Shown: positions 27,799-38,000 of the stretch, in pieces | Numbering within the stretch: position 1 is the stretch's first letter | Layout of the letters: each line of letters opens with the position of its first letter | Virus record (IMG/VR): IMGVR_UViG_2767802080_000001 | Coordinates: 25,770 to 89,769 of that record | Length of the DNA stretch: 64,000 bases | Strand: one strand, 5' to 3' | Source of the DNA: a virus | Taxonomy: Duplodnaviria; Caudoviricetes | Position numbers and translations under genes: made by a program | Notes under the pieces: generated by a model | Database searches by the model: none | What the model saw: the letters and a program-made list of their open reading frames with translations, nothing else | What the model was told of the DNA's origin: nothing

Positions 27799-30700
27799 CG
27801 ACCTGGAGGGCGCGCTCGCCGCCGCCGAGGAGGACGTCGCCGCCGAGGTGCGCGCGATCCTCGACGACGTCGCCGCCGAGTTCGCCGCCGAGCTGGCTGA
27901 CGCGACCGAGCTGGTGGCCGCACGCTTCTCCGTGTCCCGTATCGCCGGCATGTGGTCCCGCCACGTCCCCCGCCTGATGCGGCGTCTCTTCGGCGCGGGC
28001 GAGACTGCCGCGCGCACCGCTGCCGACAGCGTCGACGCGCAGCTGCCCGACGACTTCGAGGACCTCCCCGCCCGCTACGACGACGGCACCCTGCCCACCG
28101 GCCTCGGCGAGTACGCCGAGAGCACCGAGCACCTGCTGCGCGCTGTCGGGGACCGGCTCGCCGAGACCGCGGTCCGGGAGCTCGCGACCGGCCTCGACGC
28201 GGGCGAGGACATCGACGCCCTCCGCGCCCGCCTGCGCGCCGTCTTCGACGCAGAGGGCGCGCAGTTGGGGGAGACCCGGGAGGAGCGCATCGCGCGCACC
28301 GAGGCGGCCCGCGTGTGGAACGCCGCCACCCTCGCGGCGGCGGACGCGCTCGACGGCCTTGAGCGGCCCCTGGTGAAGCAGTGGGTCACCCGCCGCGACT
28401 CCCGCGTCCGTGACGCTCACGATGCCGTCGACGGCTTCGTGCGGCTCCTCGACGACACGTTCACCGTCGCCGGTGTCCCCATGGCCTACCCAGGCGACCC
28501 CACCGCCCCCGCCGCCCTCACCGTCAACTGCCGGTGCATCCTGCGACTTCAAACCGCCCACCGGGCTGCCGCCTTGGAATCTCAGGATCGCCTCGGGGGC
28601 GGACTTATCAAAGCGCGGCCCGCGGACGCCGAGCACACCGCGGCCGCCGACGGGAGCCACCGCAGCGGCGCCATGATCGCCCTCATGCCCACCGAGGACG
28701 ACGCCCGGCGCCTGGCCATCGAGGGCGGCGAGCCCGCCGAGGAGCTGCACCTCACCCTGTACTTCCTCGGCGAGGGCGCCGACTGGACCGAGGACCAGCG
28801 CAACGAGCTGATCGGGAACCTCCACGCGTCCGCCGCCGAACTCGGCGCACCGCTGCACGCCTTCGCCTTCGGAGCCGCCCACTGGAACCCCGCCAGCGAC
28901 ACCCCGTCGTGGGTGTGGAACGTCGGCGACGACCGCGACCGGCCGCTCGACACACCCACTCTGGCCTACGCCCACGCCCTCGCCACCTACGCGCTGGACA
29001 CCCACGAGCGGCCCGAGCTTCCCGTCCAGCACTCCCCGTGGGCGGCCCACGTCTGCGCCGCCTACAGCGACGACCCGGCCCTCCTGGGCGAACTCGTCGC
29101 CCGCACCGGCCCGATCACCTTCGACCGCCTGCGCGTGGCTTTCGCGGGCGAGCACACCGACATCCCCCTCGCGCCCCGGGAGGAGCCCATGCCCGACACC
29201 ACAGCGGCCGCCACACCGGTCCGCGCCTGGTCCACGCCCGACGAAACCGCCATCGCCTACGAAGACGAGGAGACCGGCGACGGCCGGATCTTCGCTCGGG
29301 ACAGCCTCTACTGGGACGCGCCCGGCCCCTGGCCCCTTCAGTACGCCGACGAGATGCTCATGGGCCACGAGGGCGCCGAGCTCGCCGGGCAGATCGACAC
29401 CATGGGCCGGGAGGGCGGCCGCATCCCCGCCACCGGCGTTCTCTACGCCACCCGGCCCGCCGGACAGGACGCGATCCACCTCCTCGAAGAGGGCGCTCCC
29501 CTGGGCGTCAGCGTCGACCTCGACGACGTCGACATGGAGGTCATCGACCGCACCAAGACCGACGACGACGGTGACGTGCTCGTCCTCGCCGCGTCGCTGC
29601 CCTCCGCCAGCGTGCTGCGCCTGGCCGACGGCGCGTACATGCTCTCGGCTGCCACGGCCGGGGAGTGGACCGCGGACGGCGGCACCCTCACCCGCGCTCG
29701 CCACAACGTCCAGCTCTTCACCGGCCCCGACGGCCGGATCAGCTCAGCCGCGTTCGCCGCCGCGTTCGCCGGGACGGGCGTCCTCACCGCGGCCGCCGGG
29801 GACCGCGACGACCCCGAGCAGGGCACGGTCGTCCACACCCAGCACGCCGGGGACGTCCTGATGAGGATCACCCGGGCGCGCGTGCGCGGCGCCACCCTCG
29901 TCGCCATGCCCGCCTACAGCAGGGCCCGCATCGTCCTCGACGCCGCCGAGGAGACCGCGGCCGCCGCCGCGCCACCCGCCCTGTCCGCGTCGGGCGACGA
30001 CCACGAGCGCGTCATCAGCTACGTGCGGACCTCGCCCGTCGCCGTCGGCGCCCGCGAGACGTCAGGCGCGGTCGGCATCGGCATGAACAGTGCCCGCGCC
30101 CACCTCGCCCGCGCGGCCAAGGCGGGCCGCCTGGTCCGCCTTGCCCCCGGCCTCTACGCCGGACCCTGCACCACCATGAGCGACGAGCAGCAAGCCGCCT
30201 GCCGGGGCCTGTCGGCCGCCGCGTCGGGTGACCTGGACCTGCCCGTCCACGAGGACCCTGATGCCGCCTGGGATGGCGACCAGGCCGCTTCCCGCATCCT
30301 CGCCTGGGCCACCGGCGAGGATGGCACGGTGGACGCGGACCGGCTCGGCGCCGCCTTCCTCTACCGCGACCCCGACAAGGACGCGACGACCCTCGCCGCC
30401 TACAAGCTGCCCTTCGCTGACCTCTTCCCGTCCGGGGACGGCGAGCGCCTGGAGGTCGTGGCCCGAGCCGTGTTCGCCGTCGCCGGGGTCCTGCAGGGCG
30501 CCATGGGCGGCGTCGACCTCCCCGAGGACGAGCGGGACAGCATCCGGGCCCGCGTCGAACAGCTCTATGCCCGGCTCGCTGAGGCGTACGACGACCCGTC
30601 GCTCACCGCCCCCTGGGACGACGGCCAGGACGATGACGATGAGGGCATGGCGGCCTCGCTCGCCGAGCTGGAGGCGTCGGCCTGGTCCGCGATGCGCGAC

Positions 30701-31627
30701 CTGCCCCCGATGCCCGCGCGCTGGTTCGCCGCACCGACTGCCGAGGAACTCCCGCCGGGATCAGGCGGCGTGCACTACAAGGACGGCCGCGTCTTCGGCT
30801 GGGTCGCCCAGGCCGGTGTTCCTCACGCGGGCTACCCGGGGAAGAACCTGACGATCGAGAAGCTGGTGAGGGAAGGGCTGGACACCACTCACTTCCTGCG
30901 GCAGAAGTTCGTCCTCGACGACGGCACCGCGGTTCGCGCGGGCGCCTTCACGATGAACGTGCCCCACCGGCGGGACGGCGCCGAGTGCGAGGACGCCGCC
31001 TGCCAGTTCGACGACACGCGCACCGTGGCCGGGGTCGTGACGTGCGGCCTGTCCGAGGGCGGCCTGTGGTTCACCGGTGCAGCCGCCCCGTGGCTGAGCG
31101 AGTGGGACATGCGTGTGTTCCTGGCCTGTCAGCCGTCCTACCACCTGATGCAGGCGGAACGCGGCAAGGGCTGGGAGCTGCGCGCCGTCCTGACCGTGCC
31201 GGTGCCCGGTCACTCGTCGGCCCTCGTGGCCGCCGCCGTCGACCGCGCGAACCTCGCCCTCGCAGCTTCTGCGGCCGCCGAGCAGGACGACGTCCGGACC
31301 GTGTCCGCAGACGCGTCCGTACTGAGTCCGGATGCTGTCCGGACGACATCCACGGCCACCCCCGGCATGGCCGATGAGCAGGGCGGACACAGTCCGGACG
31401 CGGAGTACGGACAGTTTCCGGACGCGCGTGAGGTAGCCGATGCGGTGGTCGCCGCGATGCTCACCGACGGCGAGTTCCTGGACTACCTGAGCGCCGCCCT
31501 GGAGGAACGGGAGGCGGCGCGCGCGGAGATGGACGCGGAGATCGAGCGCCTCGCCGCACAGATCGACCCCGACACACAGCACGTCGCCGCCGCGCTCGTC
31601 GGCGGCCCGGCAGAGGGAGGCCAGTGA
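27791..31627 (+). CDS. MuF-like minor head protein fused to 2H phosphoesterase and probable prohead protease/scaffold regions
   Basis: KQWVTRRDSRVRDAH..YPGDP..NCRC (MuF); HLTL and HVC (2H); ETGDGRIF..GVSVDLDD..GATLVAMPAY (protease-like). Confidence 0.8.
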   Translation: MADDLEGALAAAEEDVAAEVRAILDDVAAEFAAELADATELVAARFSVSRIAGMWSRHVPRLMRRLFGAGETAARTAADSVDAQLPDDFEDLPARYDDGTLPTGLGEYAESTEHLLRAVGDRLAETAVRELATGLDAGEDIDALRARLRAVFDAEGAQLGETREERIARTEAARVWNAATLAAADALDGLERPLVKQWVTRRDSRVRDAHDAVDGFVRLLDDTFTVAGVPMAYPGDPTAPAALTVNCRCILRLQTAHRAAALESQDRLGGGLIKARPADAEHTAAADGSHRSGAMIALMPTEDDARRLAIEGGEPAEELHLTLYFLGEGADWTEDQRNELIGNLHASAAELGAPLHAFAFGAAHWNPASDTPSWVWNVGDDRDRPLDTPTLAYAHALATYALDTHERPELPVQHSPWAAHVCAAYSDDPALLGELVARTGPITFDRLRVAFAGEHTDIPLAPREEPMPDTTAAATPVRAWSTPDETAIAYEDEETGDGRIFARDSLYWDAPGPWPLQYADEMLMGHEGAELAGQIDTMGREGGRIPATGVLYATRPAGQDAIHLLEEGAPLGVSVDLDDVDMEVIDRTKTDDDGDVLVLAASLPSASVLRLADGAYMLSAATAGEWTADGGTLTRARHNVQLFTGPDGRISSAAFAAAFAGTGVLTAAAGDRDDPEQGTVVHTQHAGDVLMRITRARVRGATLVAMPAYSRARIVLDAAEETAAAAAPPALSASGDDHERVISYVRTSPVAVGARETSGAVGIGMNSARAHLARAAKAGRLVRLAPGLYAGPCTTMSDEQQAACRGLSAAASGDLDLPVHEDPDAAWDGDQAASRILAWATGEDGTVDADRLGAAFLYRDPDKDATTLAAYKLPFADLFPSGDGERLEVVARAVFAVAGVLQGAMGGVDLPEDERDSIRARVEQLYARLAEAYDDPSLTAPWDDGQDDDDEGMAASLAELEASAWSAMRDLPPMPARWFAAPTAEELPPGSGGVHYKDGRVFGWVAQAGVPHAGYPGKNLTIEKLVREGLDTTHFLRQKFVLDDGTAVRAGAFTMNVPHRRDGAECEDAACQFDDTRTVAGVVTCGLSEGGLWFTGAAAPWLSEWDMRVFLACQPSYHLMQAERGKGWELRAVLTVPVPGHSSALVAAAVDRANLALAASAAAEQDDVRTVSADASVLSPDAVRTTSTATPGMADEQGGHSPDAEYGQFPDAREVADAVVAAMLTDGEFLDYLSAALEEREAARAEMDAEIERLAAQIDPDTQHVAAALVGGPAEGGQ

Positions 31628-31824
31628 TGGGATGCGGCTGCAACAAGAACAAGCGCGAGCAGTTCCAGGTGGTCACCGCGCAGGGAAGCGGGCGCGCCGT
31701 CTACACCTCCACCGCCCAGCAGACCGCGGTCAGCGTCAGCAGGCGCTACCCGGGCAGTGTCGTGAAGTCCACCAAGAGCGGCGACATCGTCCACCGCAAC
31801 ACCACACCGGCCGCCAAGACCTGA
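31627..31824 (+). CDS. Small basic protein beginning MGCGC
   Basis: 65 aa; GGGAGG RBS. Confidence 0.7.
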   Translation: MGCGCNKNKREQFQVVTAQGSGRAVYTSTAQQTAVSVSRRYPGSVVKSTKSGDIVHRNTTPAAKT

Positions 31825-31876
31825 CGGCCGGTACCCTGTCCGATGCTCCGTCCCGCCGCAGGTCAACGCGGCGGGC

Positions 31877-31912
31877 TAACATCATCTCGACGCCGCTGGT
31901 TCTGGGCCGGGC
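31877..31912 (+). promoter_or_regulatory. Late-gene element copy 1 (TAACAT + GCCGCTGGTTCTGGGCCGGGC)
   Basis: Upstream of major capsid gene. Confidence 0.8.
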
Positions 31913-31941
31913 CTCCACGTACACCGCCTGGAGACCCGCTC

Positions 31942-33633
31942 ATGACCGAGCCGAACGAGAGCACCGAGCACACCGAGTTCACCGTCCCCGAGGACTTCAG
32001 CGGCCTCCGCAACGAGCAGCTCGACGAACTCCTCACCACCGCCCGCGCCGAGTTCGGCACCCTGCGCGCCCAGACCTCCATCACGGACGGCGACCTGGAG
32101 CGCATGCGCTCCCTCGCCGCCGGTGTCCAGCGCATCCAGGTGGAGCAGGAGACCCGCGTCAGCGCCGCTCGCGAAGCGGCCGCTGAAATCGACTCCCTGG
32201 CCGCACAGGTCAACGGGGAGGAGGCGAACGCCCCGGAAGACGACGGCGCCAGCGGCGGCGAGGAGGAGGCCGCCGAGGTCACCGCAGCCGCCCCGGACGA
32301 CGCCAGTACCGCCGCCGGTGAAGGCGATGCCAGGCCGGAGAGCGCCACGGCGGCGGCCGCGCCCTCGCGCACCTATGACCTGTCCATGGTCCGTCAGCGG
32401 CAGCCGCGTGTCCTCCCGCCCGAGCGCACCGTTGCCATCCCGCGGATCACCGCAGCTGTCGACGTCCCGGGCTACCGCGCCGGGGACGACATGACGCTCC
32501 AGGACCTGGTCCCGGGCACCATCCGCCGGGCCTCCTCGATCGTGAAGTCCGGGCACAAGTCGGGCCTGGTGGCGTCGTACCACCATCCGTTCCCCGAGGA
32601 ACTGGTCGTCAACGACCCCGGCTCGGCGCCGGAGGGCTCCACCGTCGCCCTCCACGCCGCGCAGCAGGCCCGCCTGCCCAAGGGCGACCTCGTCGCCTCG
32701 GGCGGCTGGTGCGCCCCCTCCGAGACGCTGTACACCTTCCTGGAGGTGTCCTGCCCCGACATGCTCTGGGACGCCCCCGAGATCCAGCTCGCCCGTGGTG
32801 GCCTCAGGTACTTCAAGACGCCGTCCCTCGACGTCGCCGCGATGACGTGGGTGCACACCGAGGCCGACGACATCGCCGGGAACGAGAAGCCCTGCTACAA
32901 GATCCCGTGTGAGGAGCCGATCGAGTCCCGCTGTGACGCCGTCGGCATCTGTGTCGAGGCCGGCATCCTCACCCAGCGGCACTTCCCGGAGCTCGTCAGC
33001 TTCTACCTGAACCTGACGATGGTGGCCCACGAGATCCGCGTGAGGCAGCACCTCCTCGCGCAGGTCGCCGCCTCCGCCACCCCCGTGGTCATGCCGACGA
33101 CCTTCGGCGCGCTCTCCGCCGTCTTCGACGCCGTCGCCCTCCAGGCCGCCGACATGATCGAGCGCCACAGCCTGTGCGACAACATCGCCCTCGAGGTGGT
33201 CTTCCCCTGGTGGTCGCGCAATCTCTTCCTGGCGGACCTGGCGCGCCGTAACGGCGTCAGGGTCGACGAGGTCACCGTCGCCGACGTACAGGCCCTCTTC
33301 ACCCCGCTCGGCGTCCGCATCCAGTGGGCGCGCGGCATCGGCCCTGCGGTGCCCGGCGACATCGGCGGCCAGACCCCCGTCACCGCCTGGCCCACCGAGA
33401 TCGAGTTCCTCATCTACCCGGCAGGCCAGATCCAGATCGGCCGCGGCGCCGAGGTCAGCCTGGGCGTCGTCCACAGCCCGGAGCTGTTCCGGACCAACGA
33501 CTACACCGCGGCGTTCTCGGAGGAATGCGTCACGATCATCGACCGGTCCGTGGACACCCGCCTCGTCACCGTCCCCGTCTGCCCGAGCGGCGAGACCGGC
33601 GCGCAGACCCTCCTCACCTGCGCCGCCTCCTGA
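31942..33633 (+). CDS. Major capsid protein with N-terminal scaffold-like region
   Basis: 563 aa; coiled-coil/acidic N-terminus, LVASGGWCAPSE motif; followed by a strong hairpin. Confidence 0.8.
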   Translation: MTEPNESTEHTEFTVPEDFSGLRNEQLDELLTTARAEFGTLRAQTSITDGDLERMRSLAAGVQRIQVEQETRVSAAREAAAEIDSLAAQVNGEEANAPEDDGASGGEEEAAEVTAAAPDDASTAAGEGDARPESATAAAAPSRTYDLSMVRQRQPRVLPPERTVAIPRITAAVDVPGYRAGDDMTLQDLVPGTIRRASSIVKSGHKSGLVASYHHPFPEELVVNDPGSAPEGSTVALHAAQQARLPKGDLVASGGWCAPSETLYTFLEVSCPDMLWDAPEIQLARGGLRYFKTPSLDVAAMTWVHTEADDIAGNEKPCYKIPCEEPIESRCDAVGICVEAGILTQRHFPELVSFYLNLTMVAHEIRVRQHLLAQVAASATPVVMPTTFGALSAVFDAVALQAADMIERHSLCDNIALEVVFPWWSRNLFLADLARRNGVRVDEVTVADVQALFTPLGVRIQWARGIGPAVPGDIGGQTPVTAWPTEIEFLIYPAGQIQIGRGAEVSLGVVHSPELFRTNDYTAAFSEECVTIIDRSVDTRLVTVPVCPSGETGAQTLLTCAAS

Positions 33634-33653
33634 CCCCGCCTCAACCCCCGCAC

Positions 33654-33687
33654 GCGGCGGGCCCGAGTACCTGACCGGGCCCGCCGC
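33654..33687 (+). terminator. Stem-loop after capsid gene
   Basis: gcggcgggcccg / cgggcccgccgc 12-bp stem. Confidence 0.65.
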
Positions 33688-33710
33688 ACCCCAATCCGAG
33701 AGGTGAGGTC

Positions 33711-34544
33711 ATGCCAAGCGTCGGACTCCGCCGCTACGTCGAGGCCGTCCCCGGCGACCCGCTGCCCCACGGCCTCCTCGGCGGCTGCACGCAGATCATC
33801 GACGTCACCGACCCCCACGAACTCCTCGGCACCGAGTGGCGGCCCCTGTCCTGCGCGGACGCCCACACCACCACGTGGTGCCCCGGCGGCGACGAATCGC
33901 CCGGCCTGCCCGCGGAGAAGACGTTCGACCGGCCCGGGTTCTGCACGGCGCCGCCCATCACCGTCTACGCGGGCGCCGAGTGTTCCACCATCGGCTGGTC
34001 GTACGACGAGGCCGTGGAGCACGCGCGCGAGACGCTGCGCATGGGCGAGCAGCGCGCCCTCGAAGAGTGGCTGATGAGCGAAGTCCTGTGCTCCATCGGC
34101 GACGACCTCACCCCGGCCGCGGGCGCCGTGTCCATCTCACAGGGTGTGGGCGCGCTGGAGAACTGGCTTGGCACCGAGTACGGCGGCCGCGGCGTGCTCC
34201 ACATCCCCGTGGGCGCTGGCGCCCTGCTGGGCTGCTGCAACATCGTGCACCTGGTCGACGGCACCCCCGAGACCCTCGCGGGCAACTGCGTTGTCCTGGG
34301 CGCCGGATACGCCGTCAACGTCGGCCCACCCGACTGCACCGTGGCCGAGCCGGGCGAGACCTGGCTGTACGCGACGAGCCCCGTCCGCGTACGCCGCGAG
34401 GCCGTCGCACAGGTGCCGGACAGCGACGCGCAGAGCGTGCTCACGCGCACTAACGACCGCCTGGCCCTGGCCGAGCGCACCTTCGTCGTCGAGATCGCGT
34501 GCTGCCGGGCCGCCGCCATCCGCGTCCGGATCTGCCCGGAATGA
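33711..34544 (+). CDS. Cys-rich head-associated structural protein
   Basis: 277 aa directly after capsid gene; GAGG RBS. Confidence 0.7.
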   Translation: MPSVGLRRYVEAVPGDPLPHGLLGGCTQIIDVTDPHELLGTEWRPLSCADAHTTTWCPGGDESPGLPAEKTFDRPGFCTAPPITVYAGAECSTIGWSYDEAVEHARETLRMGEQRALEEWLMSEVLCSIGDDLTPAAGAVSISQGVGALENWLGTEYGGRGVLHIPVGAGALLGCCNIVHLVDGTPETLAGNCVVLGAGYAVNVGPPDCTVAEPGETWLYATSPVRVRREAVAQVPDSDAQSVLTRTNDRLALAERTFVVEIACCRAAAIRVRICPE

Positions 34545-34558
34545 GAGGGAGGCAGCAC

Positions 34559-35071
34559 GTGAAGGACACCATCCGGGTCCAGCCCGCGGCGCGCCGCCGC
34601 CGCGAGTTCGCCGCGTGGGCCACGGCCCAGACGCCGAAGATCCGCACCGTCTCCCCGAACACCTTCGCCGTCCCCGCCGCGCTGTTCGCGCAGGCGGACG
34701 AGGAACTCCTCATCGGCGCCCTCGTCGACGGCCAGCGGTACGTGTCGCCCGCCGAGGACCAGGAGCAGGGCGTCACGCCCCCGGCCGCCCCTGCCTGGCA
34801 GCCGCCCGAACTGCCGGCACTGACCGGGAAGCGCGGGCAGCCGCTCCCCGCCGTCCCGGACGAGGCGTACGGGCCCGATGCGGTCCCGCTGCCCCCGCCG
34901 GACTTCGCCCCGCTGGAGGACGCTCCCGTGGACGAGACGCCCCCGGCCAGCGACTCAAGCGACCCAAGCCCTGACCCCGGCGCGCCCTGGTGCGGAGACT
35001 GCGGGCGCGCGTTCACCACCACCCGCGGCCTGGCCATGCACAGACGACTGAAGCATGCCGAAGGAGACTGA
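34559..35071 (+). CDS. Protein with C-terminal C2H2 zinc finger
   Basis: CGDCGRAFTTTRGLAMHRRLKH. Confidence 0.65.
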   Translation: MKDTIRVQPAARRRREFAAWATAQTPKIRTVSPNTFAVPAALFAQADEELLIGALVDGQRYVSPAEDQEQGVTPPAAPAWQPPELPALTGKRGQPLPAVPDEAYGPDAVPLPPPDFAPLEDAPVDETPPASDSSDPSPDPGAPWCGDCGRAFTTTRGLAMHRRLKHAEGD

Positions 35072-35073
35072 CC

Positions 35074-38000
35074 GTGCCATCCCCGAACGGCTACCTGAGC
35101 GGCTTCAGTTACCTGGTCCACGACCGGCAGTCTTTCCGGACCACGCTCACCCACGACATCAACAGCCCGCCCTGGCTCCCCGGACAGGCGGGAAGCTACA
35201 CGCTCGTCTGGGAGACCGGCCCGACAGCGGTAGGCCCCTGGACGGCAGCTCCGCTCACCGACCTCGGCGTGGGCTGTACCCCGCAGCCGGACAACGAGAC
35301 CACCGTGGGCGGCGTCACGAGCACGGTCGTCCGCATCGGCGACCCGACCCCGGGCACCGGCACGACCGCGGACACCGACTACTTCGTGCGCGTCACCATC
35401 CTCGACCCCACCGACGTCCAGGTCGACCAATGGGTCCTGGACAGCCCCGCGCACACCGAGGCCTACCCGGCCTTCGTCTGCGGCGGCGGGGCCACCGGAG
35501 AGACCAGCGCTGACGTCTTCCTCGGCGCCACGGCAGGCCAGGTGAACATCTCCGCGCCCTGCAACGAGGACACCATCGTCTGGGAGCTCGCGACCACCCC
35601 GGGCGGCCCCTACACCGCCTCGCCGTCCGAGCCTGTGGACGGCCTGAGCCCAGGGCACACGTTCACCGGGCTGGCCGCGGGCACGACCTACTACTGGCGG
35701 GGGCGTCTCACCGAGCAGGCGGAGAGCGGCGGTGAGTACCTCGTCTCGCAGGAGTGCACGTTCACCACCGAGGCCGCCACCGCCTTCACCCCCGAGTGCA
35801 GCGCGGTCGGCCCGTTCACGACCACCAGCGGCCGCGTTGCCAGCACTGCCGACGGCGTGCCCGCGGACCACACGATCCTCCTCGCGCTCGGCACGGCCCC
35901 CGGCGGCCCGTACACCACCCTCTCCCCGGCCGCAGCGGGCACGGGCGCCACGAACCAGCCAGTGATCCACACGTACACGGGGTTGGCCCCGGCGACGACG
36001 TACTACTTCCGCACCGAGGTCCGTGACGCCGGGGACACGGTCGTCGAGTCGTCCACGGAGTGCTCGTTCACCACCGCCGCGCTGCCCGGCCCGTCGCCCT
36101 TCGACCCGCAGCCCTGCGACGCGGGCGCCGGGGCGGACGCGGTCGACGTCGAGCAGTTCGTGCTGTGCGACCTCGACGCGGAGGGCAACCTCCTCGGCAC
36201 CGCCCTGGCGGTGTACGAGTACGACAGCGAGGGCAACCCGACCGGTGCGCCCACGTTCGTGGACCCAACGACCGGTGCCCCGTATGTGGCGCAGGGCACC
36301 CTCCAGCCGTGCCCGGACGCGGCGTGCCTGCCGCCCATGCAGTTCTGCCAGACGTCGACCACCACGGGCCCGGTCGACCACCCGGGCCGCCAGTACGACA
36401 TCACCCTGCCGATCAACCCTGGCTTCGCGGTGCAGTCCCTCCAGGTCGACGCCGTCAGCCACGCGGCCGGGATCACCTGGGAGGTCGACGACCCGGACGG
36501 TGAGACTTTCCGGCAGAACCTGACCACCTTCATGGAGGGGCGGGTTCCTGCGGCGGCCACGGTCACCATCACGAACCCGAACGCGGGCGTACCCCAGGTG
36601 TGCGGTGCGGCTCAGCCGATGACCGTGCATATCGAGTGCATCCGGCTGGACGAGGATCCCCCGGACCTGATCGAACTCGTCTACAACGGCGGCCAGGACC
36701 TCATCCAGAACCCCGCCTACAACGAGTTCCCCCCGCTCAATCCGCCCGTGTCCCAGGGCAACTATGGCTTCCATCTCCTGTCGCGGCAGGACGACCCCGG
36801 GCCGTTCCCCGGGAACCCGCCCGCCGGTGACGTCCTCTGTACGAGCGTCGCGAACCGCGGCTGGGAGACCAATGACGTCGGGCGTACCTTCGAGATCTGG
36901 GGTCAGGACGTCTCGAACGCCCAGAACACTACGCCGACCCCGCGTGGAACTCCGGTGCAGGAGATCACTTCGGACGGCCCGCCGCCCGGTGGCCGCTCCA
37001 CCATCTGGCAGACCTTCGTTGCGCCCGCGTCGGGCAACTTCATCATCCGCGTTGTCCACGGCGCCCGCGACAACGGCGAGCAGCACCGGATCACGCTGGA
37101 CAACGGCGACACGAACGACGCCCAGAACGGCGACCTGATCGATGACATCAGCAACCCGCCGTCGGTCACGTCCTCGGGCGGCCCGAACCCGTGGACCCAG
37201 TTCTCCCAGACGATCCCGCTGAACGGCGGCAGCACCTACACGCTGGCCCTGTCCACGAACAACCCTGCGGGTGGCGCCCGCGGCGGCCTGTTCACTGACA
37301 TGAGGGCTTTCATCGACAGGCCGGATCTGCGCGCGACCGCGACCACGGATGACGACACCTGCGTGGTCACGGTCGACGAGACGACCACGAACACCACGTG
37401 CTCGTACTGGCAGCCGCAGTGTGCGGGCGGGACGGTCGTCGGCTGGCAGAAGACGGACACGGGCGAGTCGCTGACGAACGCCGAGTTCTGGGCGCAGGTC
37501 CCGTCGCCGTCTTGCTGTCTCCCGGACAGCGGTGGCGACGGCGGGGCCAGCTCCACGCTGTCCAACATGCTGACCTCGGACATCGTCTGTGCGACGGTCG
37601 GCGGGATCCCGCAGAACGCGATCCGGGTCATGGTCACCGACCCGTCCGGCGGCACCCTCCAAACGCTGTTCGTGGGCACTGACGGCGCTCCGATCGCCCC
37701 CGACACCTGGACCCCCGGCGCGTGCACCACGAGCCGCTACCTGGCCGATGAGATCCTCTGTGACGACAACGGGCCGTTCCTACGGAAGTACGTCCAGAGC
37801 CTCGACGCGACCAACCAGGCGCAGGTCAACTCCTTCCGTGATTTCACGCTCGCCGGAGTTTCGTACACGCCAGTCGGCACCGTCGGCACCTGCGCCCCGC
37901 TCGACCGGGACCGGGAGGTCGTCTGCTGGACGCAGAACAGCACTGGCGACCAGGTCCACACCGGCACCATCCGGCACGATGACTCCCTGCCTGCGCCCGG

